NCBI GenBank assembly: GCA_964291625.2
Contig: OZ220090.1
Location: 64,001-128,000 of the forward strand
Source of the DNA: Candidatus Latescibacterota bacterium
Lineage (GTDB): Bacteria > Latescibacterota > UBA2968 > UBA8231
DNA: 64,000 nt
Direction: 5' to 3'
Both the position numbers and the translations under genes were made by a program. This document shows positions 20,480 through 28,880 of this stretch, one piece after another. Within the stretch, counting starts at the first letter, position 1, and every line of letters starts with the position of its first letter. The notes beneath the pieces were generated by a model. That model was given only the letters and a program-made list of their open reading frames with translations. It searched no databases and had not been told where the DNA came from.

Positions 20480-20717
20480 GCCTCTGGGGAATCCCCCGGC
20501 CAAGAGGGCTAACTGGCCTTGCACCTTCTCGCGGAGGTCTGCGCCTCGCTGGGGTAGGCCGCGGCGATGGCCTCGCGGACTCCGGCCGCCGTGCTGGCCA
20601 CATGGCTTGGCTCTTGTCGGTCGGAGGAGTAGCGGGACACCGGCGAGGCTCAAGGGTTGCAGAGAGGTAGAATATGCCGACGGGGTGAGTGCAACCCACC
20701 CGGCGACACATCGCATG

Positions 20718-20884
20718 GACAGCGGCACTGAGGCATTCTGGGATTGATCTTCGTTGCGCATACGCAACGAGCGGAACACAATGGGTAGCTTTACGCGGCC
20801 GGGTTCTCCGGCAGGTCCCTTTCGTTCCCGGCGTTCTGCGTGGAGCGAAGGGCAGAATCCACAGAAGCCTCAGATGTCGCTGTC
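20718..20884 (+). ncRNA. Retron msr-msd ncRNA
   Basis: Terminal imperfect inverted repeats GACAGCGGCACTGAGGCATTCTGGGATT (20718-20745) / AATCCACAGAAGCCTCAGATGTCGCTGTC (20856-20884). Unpaired G20746 follows the 5' arm. Hairpins TCGTTGCG-cata-CGCAACGA (20751-20770), GCCGG-gttct-CCGGC (20798-20812) and an imperfect stem at 20817-20852. Ends 20 nt before the RT start. Confidence 0.8.
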
Positions 20885-20904
20885 TCGGAGTATGGAGTGG
20901 GCAT

Positions 20905-22569
20905 ATGACGAGGAACCTCAGGCGTCCAGATCCAGAGTTGCTTGAGTGCTTCTCCCGATTGGTGACGGCCCGGGATGTAGCAAGACTACTGGAAGTCAGC
21001 TATCCTGATCTGACATGGCATCTCTACAGACGTGGCATGTCAACGAATTACAGGTCCTTCGAGATCCAGAAGCGAGCGGGTGGGAGCAGGCGCATTGCAG
21101 CGCCCATCAGTCCTCTGAAGATCCTTCAGGCAAAGCTGGCGCATGTGCTTCAACTGGTCTATAGGGTGCGGAGGCCCGTACATGGGTTTGCTTTGGGAAG
21201 GAGCATCGTCTCGAATGCGAAGCATCATGTAGGAAAGTCATTCGTCCTGAACGTTGACCTGGAGCGCTTTTTCCCATCGATAAACTTCGGGCGCGTTCGA
21301 GGAATGCTCATGGCTACTCCGTACAATGTCCCCGAGAGAGCAGCGACGGTTCTCGCCCATATGTGCTGCTTCGAGAACGAGTTGCCCCAGGGTGCCCCGA
21401 CTTCACCAGTGGTCTCGAATATGGTTTGCGGAAAGTTGGACAGTGAATTGCATCGCCTCGCACGACGCAACAGGTGTGTGTATACCCGCTATGCAGACGA
21501 CCTGTCGTTCTCTCCGTGGAATCCCTCCGTGAGTCGGTTTCCCTCGGCACTGGCAAAGATTGACTTCATTGACAATAGGATGGATGTCCAACTTGGTGAT
21601 GGGTTGAAGGGTGTGATAGAAGATGCGGGGTTCAGAATCAATCTCAGTAAGGTGAGACTGATGCGGGGATCCAAGTCACAGATTGTGACGGGTCTACAAG
21701 TCAACTCACACGTAAACGTTCGCCAGCGTTGGCTTCGTGATTTGCGGGGTTTGCTTCATGCGTGGGAGAAGTATGGACTGCGGCGCGCTGAGGAGGTCTT
21801 CCACAGGAAGTACTGGCGGAAGCGGGCCAATGTGCGGAGCGGAGACAATGGTGGCCCCCCTTTGGACTACGTGGTTGCAGGCAAACTCGCCTTTCTTCGT
21901 CAGGTCCGAGGTCATAGGGATCCGCGATACCGCTGGCTGTGCAATTGGTACGATCGCCTTCGGGGGGAGAAGGAACGCTTCCGGTTCGTACCATGTCGCG
22001 AATCCGCCGATGCGGTGTGGGTGGTGGAGACAGAGGACAGGAAAGTTTGTCGCAACCGGCAAGGGACTGCTTTTCTGGTTGAGGATGTTGGTTTCGTGAC
22101 ATGCAATCACGTTGTAAAGGACGTGGAACGGATCTGGCTTTTCAGACCTGATAGTGAGAATAGTCGATTTGAGGCCGTGGTGGATAGGAGCGACTCTCAC
22201 CGCGACATTGCCTTGCTGTCTGCTGCTGGAGTGCCCCCGAGCGCATCACTATCGTTGGGTGATAGAAGTAGCGGCCAGGTTGGTGACCTGGTACAGATAC
22301 CCGGCTATCCGGATTATGCTCCTGGCGCTCAGCTGTCATCTCTGGAGGCAAGAGTCACCGAGGTGAGGGTTGAACTTTGCGTGGAGAAGATCCGGTTCGA
22401 GACAGCGATCCTGGCTGGGAGATCGGGAGCACCCGTGGTCGATGCCACTGGGGTCGTGATCGGGATTGCTGAGCGAGGGGCACCGGACGTCGACCAGGGC
22501 CAGGAGACAACGCGTCATAATGCAATCCATGTTCGCGAGCTGTTGGCCATGATTGCTGAGGGGGTTTAG
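20905..22569 (+). CDS. Retron reverse transcriptase fused to C-terminal trypsin-like serine protease (type XI-like retron)
   Basis: RT motifs KRAGGSRRIAAP, NAKHH (NAxxH), VDLERFFPSI, LPQGAPTSP, YTRYADD, QIVTG. Protease triad TCNHVV / RDIALL / GRSGAP. GGAG RBS before ATG 20905. Confidence 0.92.
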   Translation: MTRNLRRPDPELLECFSRLVTARDVARLLEVSYPDLTWHLYRRGMSTNYRSFEIQKRAGGSRRIAAPISPLKILQAKLAHVLQLVYRVRRPVHGFALGRSIVSNAKHHVGKSFVLNVDLERFFPSINFGRVRGMLMATPYNVPERAATVLAHMCCFENELPQGAPTSPVVSNMVCGKLDSELHRLARRNRCVYTRYADDLSFSPWNPSVSRFPSALAKIDFIDNRMDVQLGDGLKGVIEDAGFRINLSKVRLMRGSKSQIVTGLQVNSHVNVRQRWLRDLRGLLHAWEKYGLRRAEEVFHRKYWRKRANVRSGDNGGPPLDYVVAGKLAFLRQVRGHRDPRYRWLCNWYDRLRGEKERFRFVPCRESADAVWVVETEDRKVCRNRQGTAFLVEDVGFVTCNHVVKDVERIWLFRPDSENSRFEAVVDRSDSHRDIALLSAAGVPPSASLSLGDRSSGQVGDLVQIPGYPDYAPGAQLSSLEARVTEVRVELCVEKIRFETAILAGRSGAPVVDATGVVIGIAERGAPDVDQGQETTRHNAIHVRELLAMIAEGV

Positions 22570-22837
22570 GAAGACCCGAAGGTGAGACTGGGGGTGTGCA
22601 ATTGGGCCTGAGTGTAGAGCTCTATGTGGGGAATCCTGGCAGAGCCTTTTCGGGACGGGATTAGGTGCGGGCATAGAGTGGAGGCCGATTGCTGATGTCT
22701 CCGTTTGGTTGCCCTCCTGAGGAGTGGCTCCCCGAGCCCGGCCTTCTGGTGTCGACTCTGTGGACCCTGATTCTGTGACGGAGGGTTGACCCCCATTGGT
22801 AGGGCACTGGATGGGATGACTGCATGAAGAAGGTGAG

Positions 22838-23365
22838 ATGGTAGAGTACACGACAGGCAGTGTCCTTGAGGAGGAAGTGGAAGCCCTCGTCAACATCGTC
22901 AACTGCGTCGGCGTCATGGGCAGGGGGATCGCCCTTCAATTCAGACAGGCTTGGCCTGAGAACTTCAAGGCATATCAAGCCGCCTGCTGCAAGAAGGAAG
23001 TTCGGCCCGGGCGCATGTTCGTGTTCGACACGGGACAGTTCGTCTCCCCGCGCTATATCATCAACTTCCCGACCAAGCGACACTGGCGAGACAGGTCTAG
23101 AATCGAAGACATCGACGCGGGTCTGGAAGCGCTGGTTGCCGAAGTCCGGGCTCGGGGGATCGGCTCGATCGCTGTCCCTGCCTTGGGCGCCGGGCTCGGC
23201 GGACTCGAATGGGCAGATGTCCGGTGGCGGATCGATCGGGCAATGGATGCCCTTCCGGACGTAAGAGCGGTGGTCTTCGAGCCGCATGAGGCTGCTGAGG
23301 TCGTCGGTGGTCAGCAAGGGCCGAAGGTGCCAGGAGTGGCGGTGGGCGAGAGCAAGGATGGGTGA
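22838..23365 (+). CDS. DarG-type macrodomain (ADP-ribose glycohydrolase), macro domain only
   Basis: ALVNIVNCVGVMGRGIALQF, YIINFPTKRHW and SIAVPALGAGLGGLEW closely follow the DarG macrodomain; no DarG C-terminal domain. Confidence 0.85.
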   Translation: MVEYTTGSVLEEEVEALVNIVNCVGVMGRGIALQFRQAWPENFKAYQAACCKKEVRPGRMFVFDTGQFVSPRYIINFPTKRHWRDRSRIEDIDAGLEALVAEVRARGIGSIAVPALGAGLGGLEWADVRWRIDRAMDALPDVRAVVFEPHEAAEVVGGQQGPKVPGVAVGESKDG

Positions 23366-23368
23366 GAG

Positions 23369-24613
23369 ATGGCTGATCAAGACAGATGTGCAAGATCACC
23401 AGCGGAAGCCGACCCGAGAATCATCAGGCGGGTCGCCCTGCGAAATTACAGGAGCATCGCCGCCTGCAATGTCCAACTGACGCCGCTGACCATCCTGGTA
23501 GGCGCCAACGGAGCGGGCAAGAGCAACTTCCTCGACGCGCTACGCTTCACCGCCCAGGCCCTGCGGTTCTCCCTGGACCACGCTCTGCGCGAGAGAGGGG
23601 GGATCAACGAGGTCCGACGGCGGTCCCGCGGTCATCCGAATCACTTTGCCATACACCTTGATCTCCGGCTTCCGGAGACCACGGGCTGGTATGCCTTCGA
23701 AGTGGGCGCCCAGTCGAAGGGACGCTTTGTCGTAAGGCGGGAAGAGTGCATGGCCAAAGGGAGCGACAGCAACCGGTCAGAGTTCTTCAAGACAGAGAAC
23801 GGGCAGCCGGTCAGCACCTCCATGAGCCATCCGCCGGGGGCGGGAGATGACCGTCTCTACCTGATGCAGGTAGCCGGTTACCCGGCCTTCCGCCCGTTCT
23901 ACGAGGCCTTGGCGGGAATGGGCTTCTATAGCATCCACCCGGAACAGATCCGGGAACTTCAGTCGCCGGATCCGGGGGAGCTTCTCAGGCAGGACGGCAG
24001 CAATGTCGCCAGCGTACTGGCGAATTTGAAGGCGGGGGCCCCGGAAAGTGCGGAGCGGGTTTCCAAGTATCTGTCAAAGGTGGTTCCAGGCACCGTAGGC
24101 GTCGAGTCGAAGACGGTGGGCCCCAAGGTAACCGTGGAGTTTCGACAGCAGGTTGCAGGCGACCACAGTCCCTGGCGTTTCCTCGCCAACAACGTCTCCG
24201 ACGGTACGTTGAGGGTTTTCGGCGTGCTCATGGCCCTCTACCAGGTCGCTGGCATGGATTCGGGCAAGGCGAAGCTGATCGGGATCGAGGAGCCGGAGGG
24301 CTGTCTTCATCCAGCGGCAGGCGCGGTGCTCACCGACGTGCTGCGTGAGGCGAGCGACAAGACGCAGGTGATCGTCACCAGCCACAGTGCCGATCTGCTG
24401 GACCGGGATACGATCCCGTTGGAGTCCATCCTGGCGGTGGTCCATGAGCATGGAGAGACGCGGCTTGGTCCCCTCGACGAAGCAGGGCGGTCGGCCCTCC
24501 GAGAGCATCTGTTCACCGCCGGGGAGTTGCTTCGCATGGATCAGTTGACACCCGATCCGGCGCTCTCAAGGCCAACTCAGTTGAGCATGTTCGGCCGAGG
24601 CCGCGACATGTGA
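23369..24613 (+). CDS. AAA_15/AAA_21 ABC-type ATPase (OLD/AriA/PtuA-like)
   Basis: LRNYRSI, Walker A GANGAGKSN, VSDGT signature, Walker B IEEPE, H-loop TSHS. Confidence 0.88.
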   Translation: MADQDRCARSPAEADPRIIRRVALRNYRSIAACNVQLTPLTILVGANGAGKSNFLDALRFTAQALRFSLDHALRERGGINEVRRRSRGHPNHFAIHLDLRLPETTGWYAFEVGAQSKGRFVVRREECMAKGSDSNRSEFFKTENGQPVSTSMSHPPGAGDDRLYLMQVAGYPAFRPFYEALAGMGFYSIHPEQIRELQSPDPGELLRQDGSNVASVLANLKAGAPESAERVSKYLSKVVPGTVGVESKTVGPKVTVEFRQQVAGDHSPWRFLANNVSDGTLRVFGVLMALYQVAGMDSGKAKLIGIEEPEGCLHPAAGAVLTDVLREASDKTQVIVTSHSADLLDRDTIPLESILAVVHEHGETRLGPLDEAGRSALREHLFTAGELLRMDQLTPDPALSRPTQLSMFGRGRDM

Positions 24614-24614
24614 C

Positions 24615-25178
24615 ATGGCGAGAATCATCTCTATCGTTGAAGGGCACGCTGAGGTCGAGGCCGTCCCGGTCCTGATTCGAAGGATCAGCACGGCGATCTC
24701 CCCCTTGGACCCTCCGGAAGTTCTGAAACCAATCCGCGCGCCTCGCCAGCGAGTCCTCAAGGAGGGCCACCTGGAACGCTACCTGAGCCTGGCAGCGGAT
24801 CGCGTAGAGGAAGATGGCCGCATCCTGATTCTACTGGACGCGCACGAGGATTGCCCGGCGGAACTGGGTCCGAGCATTCTTCAGCGGGCCCAGGAGGCCA
24901 GACCGGACCGGAACATCCAGACCGTGCTGGCAAAGCACGAGTATGAGGCGTGGTTTGTCGCGGTGCTTGAGTCGATTGCAGGTACGCCGGACGTTCCGTC
25001 CCCGCAAGATCCAGAGTCGATTCAGGGAGCCAAGGAGTGGCTTCGGCGAACGTGTCCCCCGTACAGTCCGACAGCAGATCAAGCGTCGCTGACCGCGAGG
25101 TTCGACATGGAGTTGGCGCGCCAACGCTCACCCTCATTCGACAAGATGTGGCGCGCGGTGGTCGCGTTACTGCAATGA
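24615..25178 (+). CDS. DUF4276 TOPRIM-like protein
   Basis: IVEGHAE, LLDAHEDCP, EYEAWF, RSPSF; starts 1 nt after the ATPase stop. Confidence 0.78.
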   Translation: MARIISIVEGHAEVEAVPVLIRRISTAISPLDPPEVLKPIRAPRQRVLKEGHLERYLSLAADRVEEDGRILILLDAHEDCPAELGPSILQRAQEARPDRNIQTVLAKHEYEAWFVAVLESIAGTPDVPSPQDPESIQGAKEWLRRTCPPYSPTADQASLTARFDMELARQRSPSFDKMWRAVVALLQ

Positions 25179-25201
25179 GTCAGGATGACAGGGGAGGTCG
25201 C

Positions 25202-25480
25202 ATGAGCAGGAGATGGCCAGTCCAAGACGCCAAGATGCGATTCAGCGAACTCCTAGATGCAACTCTTGCCGAGGGGCCCCAGATCGTCACCAAGCGAGGT
25301 GTCGAGACCGCTGTGCTCCTTCCCATTGAGCAGTGGCGCAGGATGGAGCGCATGACCAGACCCAACCTGAAGGAACTCCTTCTTGTATCCGGAGCGCGCA
25401 CCGACAACCTCACTCCACCGCGCCAGCAGCGCCGCCGTCGGAACAGTGAGGATACGTCCTCGGTCGAAGTGGCGGAGTGA
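25202..25480 (+). CDS. Phd/YefM antitoxin (orphan)
   Basis: WPVQDAKMRFSELL...GPQIVTKRGVETAVLL; GGAGG RBS; no toxin ORF follows. Confidence 0.85.
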   Translation: MSRRWPVQDAKMRFSELLDATLAEGPQIVTKRGVETAVLLPIEQWRRMERMTRPNLKELLLVSGARTDNLTPPRQQRRRRNSEDTSSVEVAE

Positions 25481-25499
25481 GGCCCACTTTGGTGAATCC

Positions 25500-28400
25500 G
25501 TGACGGACAACCCCCAGAAGCGAAAGCCCGCCACCTCCGTCGAAGTGCGGGAGCGCCTGATCGAGGCACTCAATCTCGACTTGGTAGGTCCTTGGGTCGG
25601 CCACCCTCTGGCCGACGAGCGTCTGCCCGGGTGGATCCGGCCCTCGAACTGGTACCTGACCGGTTTCCTGATTCCCTCGGGGACCGCAGCCGGGCAGAGC
25701 GCCGACGCGGACGAGGAGGACGGCATGGATGTGGAAGTCCCGGAATCGGTGGGCCTTGCGGAGGAGTCCAATGAGGAGAGGAAGGCCGCCAAGAAAGGCT
25801 ACTTCCCCTCCTCCATGGGCCTGAGCTTCCTCGTGCCGAAGGAGGAAGATGCACTCGATGTCACCGTCTCTTGGGGCGACTACGAGCCGGAGGAGATCAA
25901 GGACGACGACAGGACCGTGTCGGTCTGGCAGCGCACCCCTCGTCTGGTTCGAATCCCCCTCGAACTCACCAGAGCCGACGACCCCGTTGTCAGAGAAGTC
26001 CCGGACTCCGGCGGACTCCGGCTCCATGTCGTCGAGCGCAAGGTCATCGCCCGGGACCTCGATGACCACATCCCCTCCGGTACGCGGTCGGTCTCGGTCT
26101 TCCTGGTCAACAACCGGCCCCCGGCGGATACCAGTGCCGACTGTGCCTATGTCTTTCAGCCGGAGCTGCGGGTACGCGGGGGACACCCCTTTGTCCCGCG
26201 TCCGGATCTGCGGGGAACCCGCGCCGATCAGTGGGACGACCAAGTCGCCGACCTCCACTACGCGGACACGCCCTCGTACGCTACCGGCCACGGCGTATCG
26301 GCCGATTGGGAGATTCTCGACGGCGACTGCCGACTGCTGCGGACGGCGTGGATCCCCCGTGCCGAGGTGGAGAAGACGGTCACCGCCGAGGTGCCGGGGG
26401 TCGAGCTGGCGATGGAGGCTCTCGGCTCCCTGCCCGACGGAACGGCCGCCGGGGTGGCCCTCGGGCCGCTCGTCGAGCAGTACCGCGGGTGGGTTCAGGC
26501 CCGGCTGCAGCATATAGAGGATCTGGAGGGCACGCGCCGGGACACAGCCGCGGAGCTGCTGCGGCTGGCTGGCCACGCGGCCGGGCGGATCGAGCGGGGC
26601 ATTGAGGTCCTGGCAGTAGACGAAGACGCTCTGGATGCCTTCCGGGTGGCCAACCGGGCGGTGGCCCGGGCCCTGCGCCAGCGCCTGGACATCGAGGAGC
26701 CGCGCTGGCGGCCTTTTCAGCTCGCCTTCATCCTGCTGAATCTCCCTGGGCTGGTGGACCCGGGCGACGGGGACCGCGAGATCGTGGACCTGCTGTTCTT
26801 CCCCACCGGTGGCGGCAAGACCGAGGCCTATCTCGGCCTTGCGGCCCTTGCCATGGTGCTGCGGAGACTTCGCCATCCGGAGGCCGGCGGGCGGTCCGGC
26901 GCCGGCGTAAGCGTGGTCATGCGCTACACCCTGCGCCTCCTGACGCTCGATCAACTCTCGCGGGCCTCGGGGCTGGTCTGTGCATTGGAGCTGGAACGCG
27001 CCGGGGCGGAAGGCCACTACGGGGAGTGGCCCTTCGAGATCGGGCTGTGGGTAGGGAAGGCGGCGACACCCAACCTTCTGGGGAAGAAAGGTGATGGGCG
27101 ATCGGATTCGGCGCGCACCAAGGTGACGCAGTACAAAGCAGACCCAAGAGGAAAGCCGTCTCCGGTCCCGCTGGAGAACTGCCCCTGGTGCGGCGAGCCC
27201 TTCGCACCGGAGTCGTTCGAGCTGCTGCCCGACCATGACCAGCCGCGCGAGCTGCGGATCGTGTGCATGAACTTCGAGTGTGACTTCAGCGGTGACCGTC
27301 CGTTGCCGATCCTGGCCGTGGACGAGCCGATCTACCGGCGGCTGCCGGCCTTCCTGATCGCCACGGTGGACAAGTTCGCGTCGCTGCCCTGGATGGGACC
27401 CTCCGGCGCCCTGCTGGGCGGGGCCGACCGGTATGACGGAAGCGGCTTCTACGGGGCCGTGGACACGGAGAGGGGAACCCGGCTCCCGGTCCCGCTGAGC
27501 CCCCCCGACCTGGTGATCCAGGACGAGTTGCACCTGATCTCCGGGCCCCTGGGAACGATGGCCGGACTCTACGAGGCGGCGATCGAAGCCCTGTGCGTAC
27601 ACGGCACCGGCGGGGAGGCTGTGCGTCCGAAGATCGTCGCATCCACGGCCACCGTCAGGCAAGCCAAGGACCAGATCCAGGCCCTCTTCGGCCGCTCGCT
27701 GACCCAGGTCTTCCCTGCCCCCGGTCCCGGCCGGCGCGACTCCTTCTTCGCCCGCACCGAATCGACCTCCAAGGTGCCCGGCCGGACCTACGTGGGCATC
27801 GCGGCCCAGGGGCGGAACCCCAAGGTGGTCATGCGCAGGGCCTGGCTGGCGCTCATGGGCGCAGCCCAGAAGGCATATGTCGAGGCGGGCGGCCGGCGCA
27901 ACGAGGAGAATCCGGCCGACCCGTACATGACCGTCCTGGGCTACTTCAACAGTCTCAAGGAGCTGGGCGGCGCCCGGCGCATTCTCGAAGAGGAGATCCG
28001 GAACACCATCAAGGGCTACGGCGCCCGCAAGCGGATCGGCGAGACGGCCGGGCTGTTCCGGGACCGCAGGAGTTTCTCCGAGGTGTTGGAGCTGACCTCG
28101 CGCGTCTCCACGGACAAGGTGGCCGAGGCCCGCCGCCGCCTGGAGTGCGGCTTCCACGAGAAGGACCGCGTCGACTGCGCCATCGCCACCAACATGATCT
28201 CCGTGGGACTGGACATCCCCCGCCTCGGCCTGATGGTTGTACTGGGGCAGCCCCTTCGCCACGACGAGTACATCCAGGCCACCAGCCGGATCGGCCGAGA
28301 CGACGACCGTCCGGGCTTGGTGGTGAGTCTGCTCAACATCCACAAGCCCCGGGACCGCTCTCACTACGAACGCTTCCGCCACTACCACGAGACATTCTAC

Positions 28401-28880
28401 CGCTCCGTCGAGGTCGGCAGCGTCACCCCATTCTCGGCGCGCGCCCTGGACCGGGGGTTCGCCGGAGCCCTCGTGGCCCTCGCCCGCCACGGGCGGGTGG
28501 AACTGACACCGGCCTTGGGCGTGAAGAGGATCGGCGAGTTTCGGGCGGAGTTGGAGCGCTTCCTGCTCGACGCCTTCCTCGAACGGGTGCGGCAGCAGCC
28601 GATCGAGGATGAGGAGGAGCGCGAGCAGTACCTGCGAAACGTGCAGAACCGCATCGTCGATCTGCTCGACTCGTGGACAAAGGTGATCGACGACTACCAG
28701 TCGGAAGGCGTGGATGTCCAGTATCAGCGCTACGACAACCCGAGGCTCCGGCCGCCACGGCCGCTGCTTCGCGAGATCCTGGACAAGGACTTCGAGACCG
28801 AGCACCACGCGAAGTTCCGCGCCAACCGTTCGCTGAGGGATGTCGAGCCCAACGTGAACCTCTTCCTGGCGGACCGATGA
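25500..28880 (+). CDS. drmA: DISARM helicase DrmA
   Basis: FFPTGGGKTEAY, RYTLRLLT, QDELH, ATNMISVGLDIPRLG, YIQATSRIGR, PRDRSHYE; GTG start at 25500 is inferred. Confidence 0.92.
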   Translation: MTDNPQKRKPATSVEVRERLIEALNLDLVGPWVGHPLADERLPGWIRPSNWYLTGFLIPSGTAAGQSADADEEDGMDVEVPESVGLAEESNEERKAAKKGYFPSSMGLSFLVPKEEDALDVTVSWGDYEPEEIKDDDRTVSVWQRTPRLVRIPLELTRADDPVVREVPDSGGLRLHVVERKVIARDLDDHIPSGTRSVSVFLVNNRPPADTSADCAYVFQPELRVRGGHPFVPRPDLRGTRADQWDDQVADLHYADTPSYATGHGVSADWEILDGDCRLLRTAWIPRAEVEKTVTAEVPGVELAMEALGSLPDGTAAGVALGPLVEQYRGWVQARLQHIEDLEGTRRDTAAELLRLAGHAAGRIERGIEVLAVDEDALDAFRVANRAVARALRQRLDIEEPRWRPFQLAFILLNLPGLVDPGDGDREIVDLLFFPTGGGKTEAYLGLAALAMVLRRLRHPEAGGRSGAGVSVVMRYTLRLLTLDQLSRASGLVCALELERAGAEGHYGEWPFEIGLWVGKAATPNLLGKKGDGRSDSARTKVTQYKADPRGKPSPVPLENCPWCGEPFAPESFELLPDHDQPRELRIVCMNFECDFSGDRPLPILAVDEPIYRRLPAFLIATVDKFASLPWMGPSGALLGGADRYDGSGFYGAVDTERGTRLPVPLSPPDLVIQDELHLISGPLGTMAGLYEAAIEALCVHGTGGEAVRPKIVASTATVRQAKDQIQALFGRSLTQVFPAPGPGRRDSFFARTESTSKVPGRTYVGIAAQGRNPKVVMRRAWLALMGAAQKAYVEAGGRRNEENPADPYMTVLGYFNSLKELGGARRILEEEIRNTIKGYGARKRIGETAGLFRDRRSFSEVLELTSRVSTDKVAEARRRLECGFHEKDRVDCAIATNMISVGLDIPRLGLMVVLGQPLRHDEYIQATSRIGRDDDRPGLVVSLLNIHKPRDRSHYERFRHYHETFYRSVEVGSVTPFSARALDRGFAGALVALARHGRVELTPALGVKRIGEFRAELERFLLDAFLERVRQQPIEDEEEREQYLRNVQNRIVDLLDSWTKVIDDYQSEGVDVQYQRYDNPRLRPPRPLLREILDKDFETEHHAKFRANRSLRDVEPNVNLFLADR

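Noticed and set aside
20668-20673. TAGAAT as the retron promoter -10 box
   Set aside because: Position is plausible but there is no convincing -35 at the proper spacing; not reported as a feature.
20689-20904. 72-codon N-terminal extension of the RT ORF given in the ORF track
   Set aside because: It overlaps the msr-msd structure and has no protein-like features; ATG 20905 has a GGAG RBS.
20905-22569. RT as group II intron, DGR or CRISPR-associated RT
   Set aside because: NAxxH/VTG retron motifs and a1/a2 repeats are present; no maturase/HNH domain, TR/VR pair or cas1 was seen.
20485-22636. 10-bp direct repeat TGGGGAATCC (20485-20494, 22627-22636) as a target-site duplication of the retron
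   Set aside because: Short, no associated recombinase, and cannot be distinguished from chance without an empty-site genome.
23369-24613. ATPase as an ABC transporter subunit or SMC protein
   Set aside because: No permease nearby, no long coiled coil, and it is coupled to DUF4276.
25410-28808. 1132-aa antisense ORF and many other long shadow ORFs (e.g. 2424-4559, 39471-41687, 41740-44415)
   Set aside because: Expected artefacts of high GC3 opposite or overlapping well-supported genes; Arg/Gly/Pro-rich with no motifs.
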